This document shows, piece by piece, positions 47,699 through 58,009 of a DNA stretch of 64,000 bases (the stretch's first letter is position 1; each line of letters starts with the position of its first letter). The translations under genes were made by a program, and so were the position numbers. Below the pieces are notes generated by a model, which saw only the letters and a list, made by a program, of their open reading frames with translations, did not search any database and was not told the origin of the DNA. The stretch comes from an uncultured Anaerolinea sp. GTDB lineage: Bacteria; Chloroflexota; Anaerolineae; Anaerolineales; Villigracilaceae. The stretch lies in the NCBI GenBank assembly GCA_964436455.1, contig CAYTDB010000006.1:11372-75371 (forward strand). The letters run 5' to 3'.

Positions 47699-47880
47699 AA
47701 AAAAAACTGCACATCGAAAATGTCATCGATAAATATGACAAGGTGCAGGGTAAACATAAGACTCGTCCCAATCAACATAAATGATGACCGGGACGAGCAT
47801 TAAAACAAAAGAAATAAACTAGTGGATTTCAACTCGTTCTCCTCACGTTACTGAGCCCCGCCAGCAACGGGGCGATTATA
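47699..47880 (-). promoter_or_regulatory. Structured leader / possible attenuator or sRNA upstream of actA
   Basis: TATAAT, 5' hairpin, GAGGAG plus a 10-codon TTG ORF, CTCGTCCC/GGGACGAG hairpin, CTGCAC..GTGCAG hairpin + U8. Confidence 0.45.
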
Positions 47881-48088
47881 CTGCAAAAAAACGGTCAAGT
47901 ACATATAATGACGCATGGGAGGGCGCACTAAAAGTATGCAAGTGAGTTTTAGCACAGGCAAGAACCCTATCCACGGAAACACTGAAAAAAACAAACTAAA
48001 AAACTCCGCGACCTGGTGTCTCAGTGGTTAGGCATTTGGCTATCTACAACCTTTGAGTGTTCCCCGCATGTTATACTACAGCCGCCCT

Positions 48089-48361
48089 ATGAAAAGATTT
48101 ACCCGACCACTCATTATCATTTCGATCAGTTTACTGATCGCCCTTTTCAGTGCAGGCATCACTTACATGGATAAAATTGCCGGGTCAGGAAATACGACCA
48201 ACGCGGCGCTTTTCCTGCAAACCACCCCCACCCCTCCAGTCGAAGAAGATCGTTCCGTGGTCGGCTCCACGGACGGGATCGTGGGGATGGGCGGGATCAT
48301 CACTTTGATTGTTTTGATCCCGATCCTTGCGAAGCGCAAATCGTGGATGCCGTCCGATTAA
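48089..48361 (+). CDS. Small two-TM hypothetical protein
   Basis: Two hydrophobic helices around QTTPTPP..VGSTDGI. Confidence 0.65.
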   Translation: MKRFTRPLIIISISLLIALFSAGITYMDKIAGSGNTTNAALFLQTTPTPPVEEDRSVVGSTDGIVGMGGIITLIVLIPILAKRKSWMPSD

Positions 48362-49491
48362 CCACTCCAGTTCAATGCTTTTATGATGCGCGCGCCCAAC
48401 GGGGGATGTGAATAAAAAAGGAAGACCACCCATTTTTCAGGATCGACCTCCCCGAGATTTTGATTCGCCAGCCGCGTAAAAGCGGAAGCAAACGCCTCTC
48501 CCTTCCCCGTTGCCTGCAAGGCGTAATCATCAGCCATTTCCTCCCTCCAGCGGGATACCGCGTTCTCGAGCGGCATCGTGACCAGCCCATACACACCAAG
48601 TATGATTCCCAACGCAGGGAACGCGGCAATATCCGCCACACCCGCAAAACCGAAAACGCCAATCGCCCAATTGAGCCCGAGTGATGCAAGATACAAGCCC
48701 ACTGCGGAAATGACCGTGCCAACAGTGATCAACAATGGCAGGTCGCGATGAACATGATGTCCCAGTTCGTGGGCAAGGACTGTCTCGATCTCGTCGGGAG
48801 AAAACCCGTTGATGAGCGTATCGCCCAATACGATACGACGCGTGTTACCAATGCCGGTTAATGCCGCGTTTGCAGACTTTGTTCGTCTGGACATATCGAA
48901 TTTGAACACACCACGCACATTTGTATTTGCACGCGCAGCGAGGGCGAGGAGGCGGTCTGCCAACTCCTTATGTTCATCGCCGAGAGGGACAAATTTATTG
49001 AACAACGGCATGATGAGAACCGGCGCAAGGTTGGACAGCAAAACACTGAAGACCAGCATCCCGCCTGCCGCCCAAAGCCACCACAAATCACCGGTGGCGC
49101 GCAAGGCAAGATAAAGCAACTCGAGCAGGATCAGCCCGATGGGCGTCCCGACCGCAATTCCCTTGAGCTGGTCAATGATCCAGTCTTTGAGCGTCTGATT
49201 GGATTGGTCAAAGCGATGCGGCAGGATAAATCCGCTGTAATAACTGAGGGGGAGATTGATGAGGAAGTAGATCCCGCCAAAGATCGCGACAAAGACAGGG
49301 ACGAGGAGCCAGGGGTTTGTGAACAGCGACCAGTTATCAGTCAACCACTCACGCAAGGAAATCGCCCAACCAAGGAACAACCAGGCAAGTGCGTACAGTG
49401 CACCAACAACCATATCCACCAACCACAGACGACGGCTGATACGCGCATATTGTTTGGCTTGTTTCTGTCGTTCGGGGTCAAGTGTGGTCAT
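48358..49491 (-). CDS. M48 (Ste24/HtpX-like) membrane zinc metalloprotease
   Basis: ANAALTG, LAHELGH, EEMAD, SHPP. Confidence 0.92.
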   Translation of the reverse strand: MTTLDPERQKQAKQYARISRRLWLVDMVVGALYALAWLFLGWAISLREWLTDNWSLFTNPWLLVPVFVAIFGGIYFLINLPLSYYSGFILPHRFDQSNQTLKDWIIDQLKGIAVGTPIGLILLELLYLALRATGDLWWLWAAGGMLVFSVLLSNLAPVLIMPLFNKFVPLGDEHKELADRLLALAARANTNVRGVFKFDMSRRTKSANAALTGIGNTRRIVLGDTLINGFSPDEIETVLAHELGHHVHRDLPLLITVGTVISAVGLYLASLGLNWAIGVFGFAGVADIAAFPALGIILGVYGLVTMPLENAVSRWREEMADDYALQATGKGEAFASAFTRLANQNLGEVDPEKWVVFLFYSHPPLGARIIKALNWSG

Positions 49492-50057
49492 TATGGAGTT
49501 TCCTGTTCCGCCGCAAGCAGCGCAAGGATCTCTTCCGACTTCATCACCTTTCCATACGACTTCAATGCGGCGAGAAACGCTTTGTGCACCAATTCCGCCG
49601 GGATGATCGTGTCATCATGTTGCAGGTCGCGCGTGGCGCAGGCATCTTCGGCAACAACGACTTGAAAACCAAGGTCAGCCGCGGCACGGGTGGTGGCATC
49701 CACACACATGTGGGTCATCATGCCGCAGATGACCAGACGCTCGACTTCCCATTCCTTCAACATCTCAAGCAACTTCGTTTCACGGAAGGCATTGGGAAAA
49801 TGCTTATAAACAATTGGCTCGCCTACAAAATGCGCGACCAAATCGTGGATGTCTGAGCCGCTGTCACCTTTGATGAAGAAAGCCGCATCGGGCTTGAGCG
49901 AAATATGCTGGATGTGGACATGATGCCCGCTGTGTTCGCGGAAGCATTGAAGAAGCATATACGCCTGCTTCGCGGCTCCCTCCGGGTTCACCAGCGGAAA
50001 TTTTCCCCCGGGGAAATAATCGTTTTGAATGTCAATGACGAGCAGGGCTGTGTTCAT
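49491..50057 (-). CDS. Cysteine hydrolase (isochorismatase family)
   Basis: ALLVIDIQNDYF, KHFPNAF, GMMTHMCVDAT. Confidence 0.92.
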   Translation of the reverse strand: MNTALLVIDIQNDYFPGGKFPLVNPEGAAKQAYMLLQCFREHSGHHVHIQHISLKPDAAFFIKGDSGSDIHDLVAHFVGEPIVYKHFPNAFRETKLLEMLKEWEVERLVICGMMTHMCVDATTRAAADLGFQVVVAEDACATRDLQHDDTIIPAELVHKAFLAALKSYGKVMKSEEILALLAAEQETP

Positions 50058-50231
50058 GTGAAATCCTTTGTCGGAAACAAGGATACACGTACACATGTGT
50101 TTCCCTGTTTCCGGGTTGCACGCGGTGTTAATCGGTGGGCGGGGACGGAATGAGGAAACCCCCCACCGCTGAGAATTTGGAACAAAGCAATTTTCGATCA
50201 GCATCTCATTATGTTGATAATGGTGAAGCAC

Positions 50232-50495
50232 TCAACTATGGTATAGCATATGTTTGGATTTTGAGTAACCCATGAAATTATTACATTTTGGACAAACCCG
50301 ATTACTATCAGTGCGTTTATTCCAACAGTTGCGACAAATAGAATATTTGCACTGACCAAAATTACCACCACATTCAATCATATCTTCACAGCAAGTTTTT
50401 TTACGGCATTCTGCACATTTGTGTTTTCCCCCTTTATCACACCAATTGTAGGGGCGCTCACATATTTCACAGTGACCTGCATCGAAAATAGACAT
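50232..50495 (-). CDS. Small Cys-rich (zinc-finger-like) protein, AT-rich
   Basis: CEIC, CAEC, CRNC, CPKC and further Cys; AAGGGAG RBS before ATG 50495. Confidence 0.55.
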   Translation of the reverse strand: MSIFDAGHCEICERPYNWCDKGGKHKCAECRKKTCCEDMIECGGNFGQCKYSICRNCWNKRTDSNRVCPKCNNFMGYSKSKHMLYHS

Positions 50496-50640
50496 GATTT
50501 TCTCCCTTCGATGACCTCTAATTTGAGCCTTTGTTTTCATTCTCTATTATCAGTATACGGTTTTCGTTCGCGTTGCACCAGCGCAGGCTATCGGGAAGCC
50601 TATGGGTAATTTTTCAATCTTCAATACCCTTTCTCTTTTC

Positions 50641-50765
50641 CCCGCCCAACGGCTTTGCGTTACCCGCAGGTGGGTGGGACGAGACAAAGCTGATTTGACG
50701 GGATTTGTTCGAGCACAGAATCAACTCCTTTTGGCGGGACGAATCCCACCTGTCGTGTGTACATA
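50641..50765. repeat. attC-like imperfect inverted repeat (degenerate)
   Basis: GCCCAAC core (GTTGGGC on the minus strand), CAGGTGGG..CCCACCTG arms. Confidence 0.5.
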
Positions 50766-50773
50766 GCACTTGT

Positions 50774-51397
50774 CTACTTCCTTCCAAAATCGGCGGGGAT
50801 CTCACCCCACAATTCCGTATTCCATTTCAAAACCGCGTCATCGCGCAGCTCATTTTCAGCGAGCCAATTCTCGGCGCTTTTAATCAGCATAAAGATCGGC
50901 GCATTCCGACTGGTATGTTTGAGTTGAGTTTTGCATCTGCCTGTGTAAACCCACGAGATGGCATTTTCGGAGTCCGAGTATACAGGCATTTGCTTGTCAT
51001 GTTTCAACAACCATGTCAACGCGTGGACGATTGCCAGGAACTCCCCTACGTTATTCGTCGCATCCGGGAACGGACCAATGTGAAAAAACTCTTTGCCCGA
51101 TTCAAGAAACACACCGCGATATTCCAATTTCCCCGGCGAGCCCGAACACGCCGCATCCACACATATCGAAGGAAGGATAGGTCTAACGCTGGCTTCCTTC
51201 CACTTGCCCAAGGAAGACGGCTTGCCTTTATACGATTCATAATTGGACCCGAAAGCTGTCTCCGCCTCTTTGAGCGTGCCAAACGCCTTATACTCCGCGC
51301 CGACAAATCCCTTCACCTGCTGCTCACATTCCGCCCATGAGGTGAAGATGCCGGTCTTGCGACCCTTCCATACTACATAATACTTCTGCTTTGGCAT
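50774..51397 (-). CDS. rnhA: Ribonuclease HI with an N-terminal hybrid-binding (viroplasmin) domain
   Basis: KYYVVWKGRKTGIFTSW, VDAACSG, TNNVGEFLA, YSDS, WGEIPADFGRK. Confidence 0.92.
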   Translation of the reverse strand: MPKQKYYVVWKGRKTGIFTSWAECEQQVKGFVGAEYKAFGTLKEAETAFGSNYESYKGKPSSLGKWKEASVRPILPSICVDAACSGSPGKLEYRGVFLESGKEFFHIGPFPDATNNVGEFLAIVHALTWLLKHDKQMPVYSDSENAISWVYTGRCKTQLKHTSRNAPIFMLIKSAENWLAENELRDDAVLKWNTELWGEIPADFGRK

Positions 51398-51457
51398 GTT
51401 CCAATTTTATCCGCAAATTTACCCGTTGGGTTTATACTGGCAGCGGGTGCGGGTTCA

Positions 51458-52156
51458 ATGTACAGTAGCCGCAAATTTGTTTTTTACATATTCGGCCTGT
51501 CGGGGTTTCTGATTTGTATTTCGCTTTTCACCTTACATATCCCATCCGCTCACGCACAGGATCCTGCTCCAACCCCCACGTATGATCCGCTTGCACAACC
51601 TGAATTACCACCCAACCCAACTGAACTTGAAATGGGACGTTATCTCTTCTGGCGTCACTGCATGCCCTGTCATGGCGACGTTGGGCAGGGACTGACAGAT
51701 GAGTTCCTTGCCCTATGGGAAGAACACGCAAACTGCTGGGAACGCGGTTGTCACAGCGGAAAGCGCGGGGATGAAGGTTTCCCCATCCCGAAAGACATAC
51801 CCGCCATTGTAACGGCAGACCATTTGGACCAGTTTACGTCTGAAGAAGAACTGTTCGAATTTCTTGAGGCGACACATCCGCCCCAGCATCCCGGTTATCT
51901 CAAAACGGAAGAGTATCACGACATCGCAGCGATTCTGTTCAAGATGAACAACCGCCAGCCAGATGAAAGCTTCGCGTCGCCAACCATCTCATCATCACCC
52001 ACACTGACTTCTAGCGGTCAAGTATCAACGCCCGTCCCGACAAAATCAAACGGCGAAAACAAAACCAACACGATTATTTTCATCACTGGACTAAGCACGG
52101 CATTGTCTGTGGTCATTGTGTATTGGTTGCTAAAACTCAGAAGAAAAGAAGGGTAG
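51458..52156 (+). CDS. Secreted, C-terminally anchored cytochrome c (CxxCH + CX4CH)
   Basis: Signal peptide, CMPCH, CWERGCH, C-terminal TM + KLRRK. Confidence 0.75.
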   Translation: MYSSRKFVFYIFGLSGFLICISLFTLHIPSAHAQDPAPTPTYDPLAQPELPPNPTELEMGRYLFWRHCMPCHGDVGQGLTDEFLALWEEHANCWERGCHSGKRGDEGFPIPKDIPAIVTADHLDQFTSEEELFEFLEATHPPQHPGYLKTEEYHDIAAILFKMNNRQPDESFASPTISSSPTLTSSGQVSTPVPTKSNGENKTNTIIFITGLSTALSVVIVYWLLKLRRKEG

Positions 52157-52189
52157 ATGAATTGTCGGGAGTTTTGTTCCCGACAATTT

Positions 52190-52597
52190 TCAACTCTTAT
52201 CCTTCCAGCCCGTCTCCTCCACTGCTGCAAAAATATCTGTCGATGAAATCAATCCTACGAGCGTGCCGCTATCGTCAGCCACGGGCAGATGGTGGATGCG
52301 TTTTTCCTGCATCATTTTGGAGCATTCCTTCAAGGTCCATGCGGGCTTCGCCGTAATGATAGGACCGGACATGATCTCACGAACAGTGGTCTCTGCCGGG
52401 TTGCGATCCTCTGCCACGATCTTGTCGCGGATATCGGTAGTCGTCACGATCCCATAAGCGGGATTCTTATCGCTGATATCCACAACCACGCTGTGAATAT
52501 TGCGTCGGCGCATCAGCGTCAGAGCATAGGATACACTTGAATCCGGGTCAACAACAACGACCGGGCTGGACATCCAATCACGAACGGTACTGGGCAT
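52190..52597 (-). CDS. CBS-domain protein
   Basis: VRDWMS, GIVTTTDI, IHHLPV. Confidence 0.9.
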   Translation of the reverse strand: MPSTVRDWMSSPVVVVDPDSSVSYALTLMRRRNIHSVVVDISDKNPAYGIVTTTDIRDKIVAEDRNPAETTVREIMSGPIITAKPAWTLKECSKMMQEKRIHHLPVADDSGTLVGLISSTDIFAAVEETGWKDKS

Positions 52598-52629
52598 AAT
52601 CACTCCTCTGGTAAATTCCCGTTTTTAAT

Positions 52630-52650
52630 GGGGCGGGATGACCCCGCCTC
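52630..52650 (-). terminator. GC-rich hairpin after the lipoprotein pair
   Basis: GGCGGG-ATGAC-CCCGCC. Confidence 0.45.
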
Positions 52651-52661
52651 TACACATAATT

Positions 52662-53618
52662 TTATTTTACAACCAATTCCACTGAATCCATTGCAAACAA
52701 CGAACCATCTTCCGCATTTATATCCTGTAATTCCAGGCGGACCACCGTACCAGACAGGATATTGCCAAGCAGTATGATCTGTTCGAACGTTCCGGGCGCT
52801 CCGGGGTCAGATGCAGAAACCGTGACCGAGCCGATGGCAAGCGCCACATTACCTATATCGTAAATTCGATACACCAGATTATTCTCGAACGGGGCGATCG
52901 CCACACTCCCCTTGATCGAAACCGATCTGAAAATCTCTGTCCCATCAGTTGGAGACTCAATAGTGATCGTGCGTGGTCTGCCATCAGGCGTGAAAGTTGT
53001 GTAATCGATCATGTTCAACTGCTTGCCAACCAGCCGATAATGACGCGCGGTCTCCAGCGTGGGACAACACATCGGGTCATCCGCCTTTTGAACTGTTACC
53101 TTCAAAAAGATCTCACCGTTCTTGACCGAAAGTTCGTTCGGCTGTGGGCGGTCTCCAATATATGTGGATGCTTGTGAAACAAGTTCCCCATTCACATCTG
53201 CAAATACCACAAGAAAAACGAACACACCGTTTCCACCATAATTCTCCGCGATCGCTGCCGCGTACTCATCCAAACCATCACCGTTTAGATCGCCATGCGC
53301 GGTGAAATCGGTGACAGTTACCGAGGCGTAGTCCGCACCACCCAAAGTCCCTTGCTCAAATTTGCCGTCGGTCAATTGCACGATGCGCAGTGCATCCACA
53401 AAGCCGAGCTGGTATTTGGCATTGCGGATGCGCGCTACGTAATCGGGTGCGGGCGTGGAGGTTGCGGGGAGGGATGTTGGTTCGGATGCCGAATCAGGCG
53501 TCGGTGAGTCTGAGGCGAAGCTTCGGCATGAAGCCAGCAGGACCACCAGCAATGTGACAATAACCCAGGCTCGTGGACGCTTCGACTCACCTGCACTCGC
53601 GTACGGCGCAAGTGTCAT
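52662..53618 (-). CDS. Lipoprotein with a C-terminal Gmad2-like Ig domain (start uncertain)
   Basis: Lipobox LLASC, GDLNGDG, DDPMCCP, ITIESP..APFENNL. Confidence 0.75.
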   Translation of the reverse strand: MTLAPYASAGESKRPRAWVIVTLLVVLLASCRSFASDSPTPDSASEPTSLPATSTPAPDYVARIRNAKYQLGFVDALRIVQLTDGKFEQGTLGGADYASVTVTDFTAHGDLNGDGLDEYAAAIAENYGGNGVFVFLVVFADVNGELVSQASTYIGDRPQPNELSVKNGEIFLKVTVQKADDPMCCPTLETARHYRLVGKQLNMIDYTTFTPDGRPRTITIESPTDGTEIFRSVSIKGSVAIAPFENNLVYRIYDIGNVALAIGSVTVSASDPGAPGTFEQIILLGNILSGTVVRLELQDINAEDGSLFAMDSVELVVK

Positions 53619-53641
53619 TCCATTCCGCTCAGCGCAGCGAA

Positions 53642-54835
53642 CTACTCCACGATGGGGAACCATGTCAAACCTCCATCAGACGTTCGATATAGTGAAGGAT
53701 GATTCGTCGATGGATCCAATGTGATCACCCAGCCCGTGCTGGCATCGACAAAGTCCATCGTTGCGAACGTGTCACCAAAGGCGATATCCGGCGGGATGAT
53801 GCTCCACGTGCGCGCCGCGTCTCGCGTGACATAAAACTGACTGCCGTTATAAATGACCATTCCCTCCGCTGACAAAAAGTCCGCCGAGCCGCCTTCGGGA
53901 ATGGGAGTGGTGGTCAGTGTCCAGGTATTACCGCCATCCCGCGTGACATAGACTGCAAGTTGATAGAAGTCACCCGTGAGACGCATCGCGACGAAACCAT
54001 CTGTCGCTGAAACGAATTTCATTTGATCCTGATCGATGCTCAATTCGAAATTATCTATTCCACCGGGCAAAGGCAATGTGAATTCGCTCCAGGTAACGCC
54101 TCCATCATCGGTTCGGAAGATGTAAGGGGTGGCGGGAGAATATGTAACGCCATATACAAACGCAGTCTGCATATTGACCGGGGCAATGCCAGCCTTCAGT
54201 CCGCCAAGCGGAAGTGATTCACCCGCGTTCGCGTTGTTGGGATCGTTTGTATATTTTTGCGTCCATGTTGTGCCACCATCTGTGGTTTGATAGACAGCAA
54301 CTGCATTGGAACCTGTTGCCACACCAAGGTCGGCAAGCACCCAGCCATTGTTTGAATCAAGGAATTGAATGTCACCTCCGCTAAAAGGCGTGTTTGTGTT
54401 CAGCCAGTTCATGCCGCCATCTGATGTGTGGTAGAGGAAGCCGTTGCTGTAGTAGTTTTCATAATCGGGAATCTGCACCCAGACATGATCGGCATCCAAC
54501 ACAAACATCTCAACAGAATAGCCTGTCTCCGCTAGTCCAAGAGGCGTGAGGTTGTACCAGGTGATCCCACCATCGTTCGTGCGGACGATCTGAGTCTCGG
54601 TCACGCCCCAGCCATCGAGGGTGTTGACAAAGTGGATGGATACCAAAGAGGGCGCTTCAACAATGGGTGCGTCGATCTCCGGGGGAGATGGGGTGTCATC
54701 TTCATAAGGAGCCAAAGTTGGGGTTGGATCGTCAACAGGTTGTGGTTCGGGCGGCAAAGTTTCCGGTGATGAAGCTGTAGTGCAGGCAGTCAACAAAAAA
54801 GTAACAAGAAACAGGAAGGACAATATACGTTTCAT
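53642..54835 (-). CDS. YCF48/BNR-repeat beta-propeller lipoprotein
   Basis: Lipobox LLTAC, repeated T.DGG.TW Asp-boxes. Confidence 0.88.
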   Translation of the reverse strand: MKRILSFLFLVTFLLTACTTASSPETLPPEPQPVDDPTPTLAPYEDDTPSPPEIDAPIVEAPSLVSIHFVNTLDGWGVTETQIVRTNDGGITWYNLTPLGLAETGYSVEMFVLDADHVWVQIPDYENYYSNGFLYHTSDGGMNWLNTNTPFSGGDIQFLDSNNGWVLADLGVATGSNAVAVYQTTDGGTTWTQKYTNDPNNANAGESLPLGGLKAGIAPVNMQTAFVYGVTYSPATPYIFRTDDGGVTWSEFTLPLPGGIDNFELSIDQDQMKFVSATDGFVAMRLTGDFYQLAVYVTRDGGNTWTLTTTPIPEGGSADFLSAEGMVIYNGSQFYVTRDAARTWSIIPPDIAFGDTFATMDFVDASTGWVITLDPSTNHPSLYRTSDGGLTWFPIVE

Positions 54836-55072
54836 ACGCGCACCTCCAGGATGAAAATTAAAGATCGAAAGTCATGCATACAGCCTTGATCCTCCATGAT
54901 TTTGTCCTTCGATCAGATTTCATACCTGTGATTCTACCATTTACAAAGGGATGATATTTGTATGCCCCGCAGTATGACGCTTGTTACTACTCTTTGATGG
55001 TATAAAAAGACATAATCAGGGTGGCGGAGTATTCCGCTAATTATTGTCAAACTTCTCAAATAAGGAGTGCCG

Positions 55073-55321
55073 ATGCCTGCAAAAGGTTGGATCGAAGTCA
55101 GCGATACCTACTGTAAAGGATGCGAACTCTGCATAAGTGCATGTCCGCAAGGGGTGATGGAATTGGACATGTCGAGACTTACCCCAAAGGGATACCACCC
55201 CGCGCACACGTTCAAGGACGGATGCACGGGGTGTGCCATCTGCGCACTGGTCTGTCCCGATGCAGCGATCACGGTATATCGCGAAATTACCAAATCAGTT
55301 CCCACAACTGTAGGGGCGTAG
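55073..55321 (+). CDS. 2-oxoacid:ferredoxin oxidoreductase delta subunit (2x[4Fe-4S])
   Basis: CKGCELCISACP and CTGCAICALVCP. Confidence 0.88.
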   Translation: MPAKGWIEVSDTYCKGCELCISACPQGVMELDMSRLTPKGYHPAHTFKDGCTGCAICALVCPDAAITVYREITKSVPTTVGA

Positions 55322-55361
55322 CACAATACTACGCCCTTACATATTTAACACGGAGAAACGA

Positions 55362-56480
55362 ATGCCAAAAGAACTATGGAAAGGCAATGAAGCCATCGCA
55401 GAATCAGCGGTGCGTGCGGGATTGCAAGCCTATTTCGGCTATCCCATCACGCCGCAAACCGAAATACTCGAATATCTCTCAAGACGCATGCCCGAACTGG
55501 GGCGGGCCTTCGTGCAAGCCGAGTCCGAACTCGGCGCGATTAACATGGTCTACGGCGCGGCATGCACGGGCGCACGTGTCATGTCCACATCATCCAGCCC
55601 AGGCGTAAGCCTGATGATGGAAGGTTTATCATACATCGCAGGGACCGAAATCCCCGCGGTGCTGGTCAATGTGATGCGCGGCGGACCGGGTCTCGGCAAT
55701 ATTGCGCCCGCACAATCGGATTACAACCAGGCTGTCCATGGTGGCGGACATGGGGATTATCCGCGCATCGTGCTGGCGCCATCGTCAGTGCAGGAAGCCA
55801 TTGACTTGATGGGGTTGTCATTCGAGCTGGCGGAAAAATACCGCATGATCTGCATGGTCATCCTCGACGGCTCCATCGGTCAGATGATGGAACCTGCCGA
55901 GATGCCTGAAATGAAACCGATCGTGGACCGCAATTTTGAGTGGGCAACGAACGGGGCAATCAATCGCGAACGACGCATCCTTTCCTCGATCTATATTGAT
56001 CCGCCTGCCGAGGAAGTTGCCAACTTCCGTCTTGGAAAACGCTGGCAGGAAGTGCAAGCCAATGAGATACGCTACAAAGAATATTATCTTGACGATGCTG
56101 AATTTGTGGTGGTTGGCTTTGGCACAGCAGGACGTGTAGCATTATCCGCTGTCCGCGCGGCACGAGCAGAGGGGATCAAAGTTGGCTTGCTGCGCCCGGT
56201 CACCGTCAGCCCGTATCCTTATCAGGTGGTTGACCAGCTTGCAGGACGCGTGAGCGGGTTCCTCGTCACAGAAATGAACATGGGGCAGATGTTCAATGAT
56301 GTCCGCCTCGCCGTGCGCGGACGCGTTCCCGTTGAATTCTACGGACGGACCGGCGGCGTTGTCCCGTTCCCCGATGAGATCCTGGCTGAGATTCATCGCA
56401 TCGCCGCAGGACAATGGTCAACCGATAGCGACCCGCGTGATGCCTGGCAGGCACGCATGGCAACCGTACTTGAGAGGTAA
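55362..56480 (+). CDS. vorB: VorB-type 2-oxoacid oxidoreductase alpha subunit
   Basis: [36 protein letters not shown]. Confidence 0.88.
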   Translation: MPKELWKGNEAIAESAVRAGLQAYFGYPITPQTEILEYLSRRMPELGRAFVQAESELGAINMVYGAACTGARVMSTSSSPGVSLMMEGLSYIAGTEIPAVLVNVMRGGPGLGNIAPAQSDYNQAVHGGGHGDYPRIVLAPSSVQEAIDLMGLSFELAEKYRMICMVILDGSIGQMMEPAEMPEMKPIVDRNFEWATNGAINRERRILSSIYIDPPAEEVANFRLGKRWQEVQANEIRYKEYYLDDAEFVVVGFGTAGRVALSAVRAARAEGIKVGLLRPVTVSPYPYQVVDQLAGRVSGFLVTEMNMGQMFNDVRLAVRGRVPVEFYGRTGGVVPFPDEILAEIHRIAAGQWSTDSDPRDAWQARMATVLER

Positions 56481-56482
56481 AA

Positions 56483-57253
56483 ATGACTGCTCCGAATAAT
56501 TTGGTTTATGACAGACCCGAAGGCTTTACTGAAACACCGACACACTACTGTCCCGGTTGCACGCACGGGGTGGCGCATCGCTTAATCGCCGAAGTTTTGG
56601 AGGAGATGGATTTGATCCCGAAAACCATCGGTGTTGCGCCTGTGGGATGTTCGGTGTTCGCTTACAACTATTTTGACACCGATTTCGTCGAAGCCCCGCA
56701 CGGACGTGCACCCGCCATGGCAACGGGCATCAAACGCGTCCTGCCTGACCGAATCGTTTTCACCTATCAAGGGGATGGCGACCTGGCTTCGATCGGCATG
56801 GGTGAGATCGTTCACGCGGCGGCACGCGGCGAGAATATCACTGTCATCTTCATCAACAATGCCAACTACGGCATGACCGGCGGACAGATGGCTCCGACAA
56901 CCCTGCCCGGCATGAAGACCACTTCATCTCCCAATGGGCGCGATGTCGAAACACAGGGCTTCCCAATCCGTGTGTCTGAGATGCTCTCCACACTTGATGG
57001 CACAGGATACGTGGTGCGCAGGTCATTGCATGACCCGAAGAATATTCGTCTTGCGAAGAAAGCCATCCGTACCGCGTTCGAAACCCAGGCACGCGGACTT
57101 GGCTTTTCAATGGTCGAATTGCTTTCCACCTGTCCGACCAACTGGGGTATGACACCGGTCGCTTCATTAAAATTCGTGGAAGAACACATGGTTCCCGCCT
57201 ATCCGCTCGGCGATTACAAAGTGAGCGAGGCGATCAAGCAGATAAAAATATAG
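56483..57253 (+). CDS. 2-oxoacid oxidoreductase beta (TPP-binding) subunit
   Basis: YCPGC, QGDGD...[17 protein letters not shown]. Confidence 0.92.
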   Translation: MTAPNNLVYDRPEGFTETPTHYCPGCTHGVAHRLIAEVLEEMDLIPKTIGVAPVGCSVFAYNYFDTDFVEAPHGRAPAMATGIKRVLPDRIVFTYQGDGDLASIGMGEIVHAAARGENITVIFINNANYGMTGGQMAPTTLPGMKTTSSPNGRDVETQGFPIRVSEMLSTLDGTGYVVRRSLHDPKNIRLAKKAIRTAFETQARGLGFSMVELLSTCPTNWGMTPVASLKFVEEHMVPAYPLGDYKVSEAIKQIKI

Positions 57254-57348
57254 GGAGTAGAGAATGGAGAATAGCGATTAGTAGTGGGTTGCAAACAGCA
57301 ACTGTTCTCTGATCTCTGGTCTCTACTCTCTCTTCACGGAGTGAGCAA

Positions 57349-57897
57349 ATGCAAAAAGAAATCATCATCGCAGGTTTTGGCGGACAGGGTGTTCTATTTG
57401 GCGGCCAAGTGCTGGCTTATGCCGCAATGGACTCGGGCAAGGAAGTTACCTGGATCCCATCCTACGGTCCTGAGATGCGCGGCGGGACAGCAAACTGCAC
57501 GGTCATCATCGCGGACGATGAAATTGGTTCGCCGCTGGTGAAGAATCCGCCGCTGGCAATTGCCCTAAATTTGCCGTCCTTTGATAAATACGAAGAACTA
57601 CTTGCCCCCGGCGGGACTTTGATCGTGAACAAATCCATGGTGGATCGCGGCGCAAAGCGGACGGACATCAACGTCATCCTCGTGCCATGCAACGAGATCG
57701 CCGAAGAGATCGGCGACAAGAGGTTGATGAACATGGTCGCAGTCGGTGCGCTGCTCACGGGATTACCTGAACTTTCGGTAAAGGATGTCGAGAAGGCATT
57801 GGAGGGGCACCTGCCTGCGAGACACAAGCATCTTTTACCCAAGAATTACGAAGCACTAAAAAGAGGCTTTGAAGCGGCGCAAAAAGTACCGGCGTAA
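57349..57897 (+). CDS. 2-oxoacid oxidoreductase gamma subunit
   Basis: AGFGGQG, SYGPEMRGG. Confidence 0.92.
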   Translation: MQKEIIIAGFGGQGVLFGGQVLAYAAMDSGKEVTWIPSYGPEMRGGTANCTVIIADDEIGSPLVKNPPLAIALNLPSFDKYEELLAPGGTLIVNKSMVDRGAKRTDINVILVPCNEIAEEIGDKRLMNMVAVGALLTGLPELSVKDVEKALEGHLPARHKHLLPKNYEALKRGFEAAQKVPA

Positions 57898-58009
57898 GAT
57901 GTAATTGGTAATTGGGAACCCGTCTCTGTGGAGGCGGGTATTATTGATTCGGGTAATAATTTAGTGTATAGTAGCAAAGGATTCACGCTACTTTAACGGA
58001 TACCCTAAA

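Noticed and set aside
47965..48035. GTCTCAGTGGTT segment resembling a tRNA D-arm
   Set aside because: No acceptor stem, anticodon arm or TTCGA loop; probably a degenerate intergenic repeat
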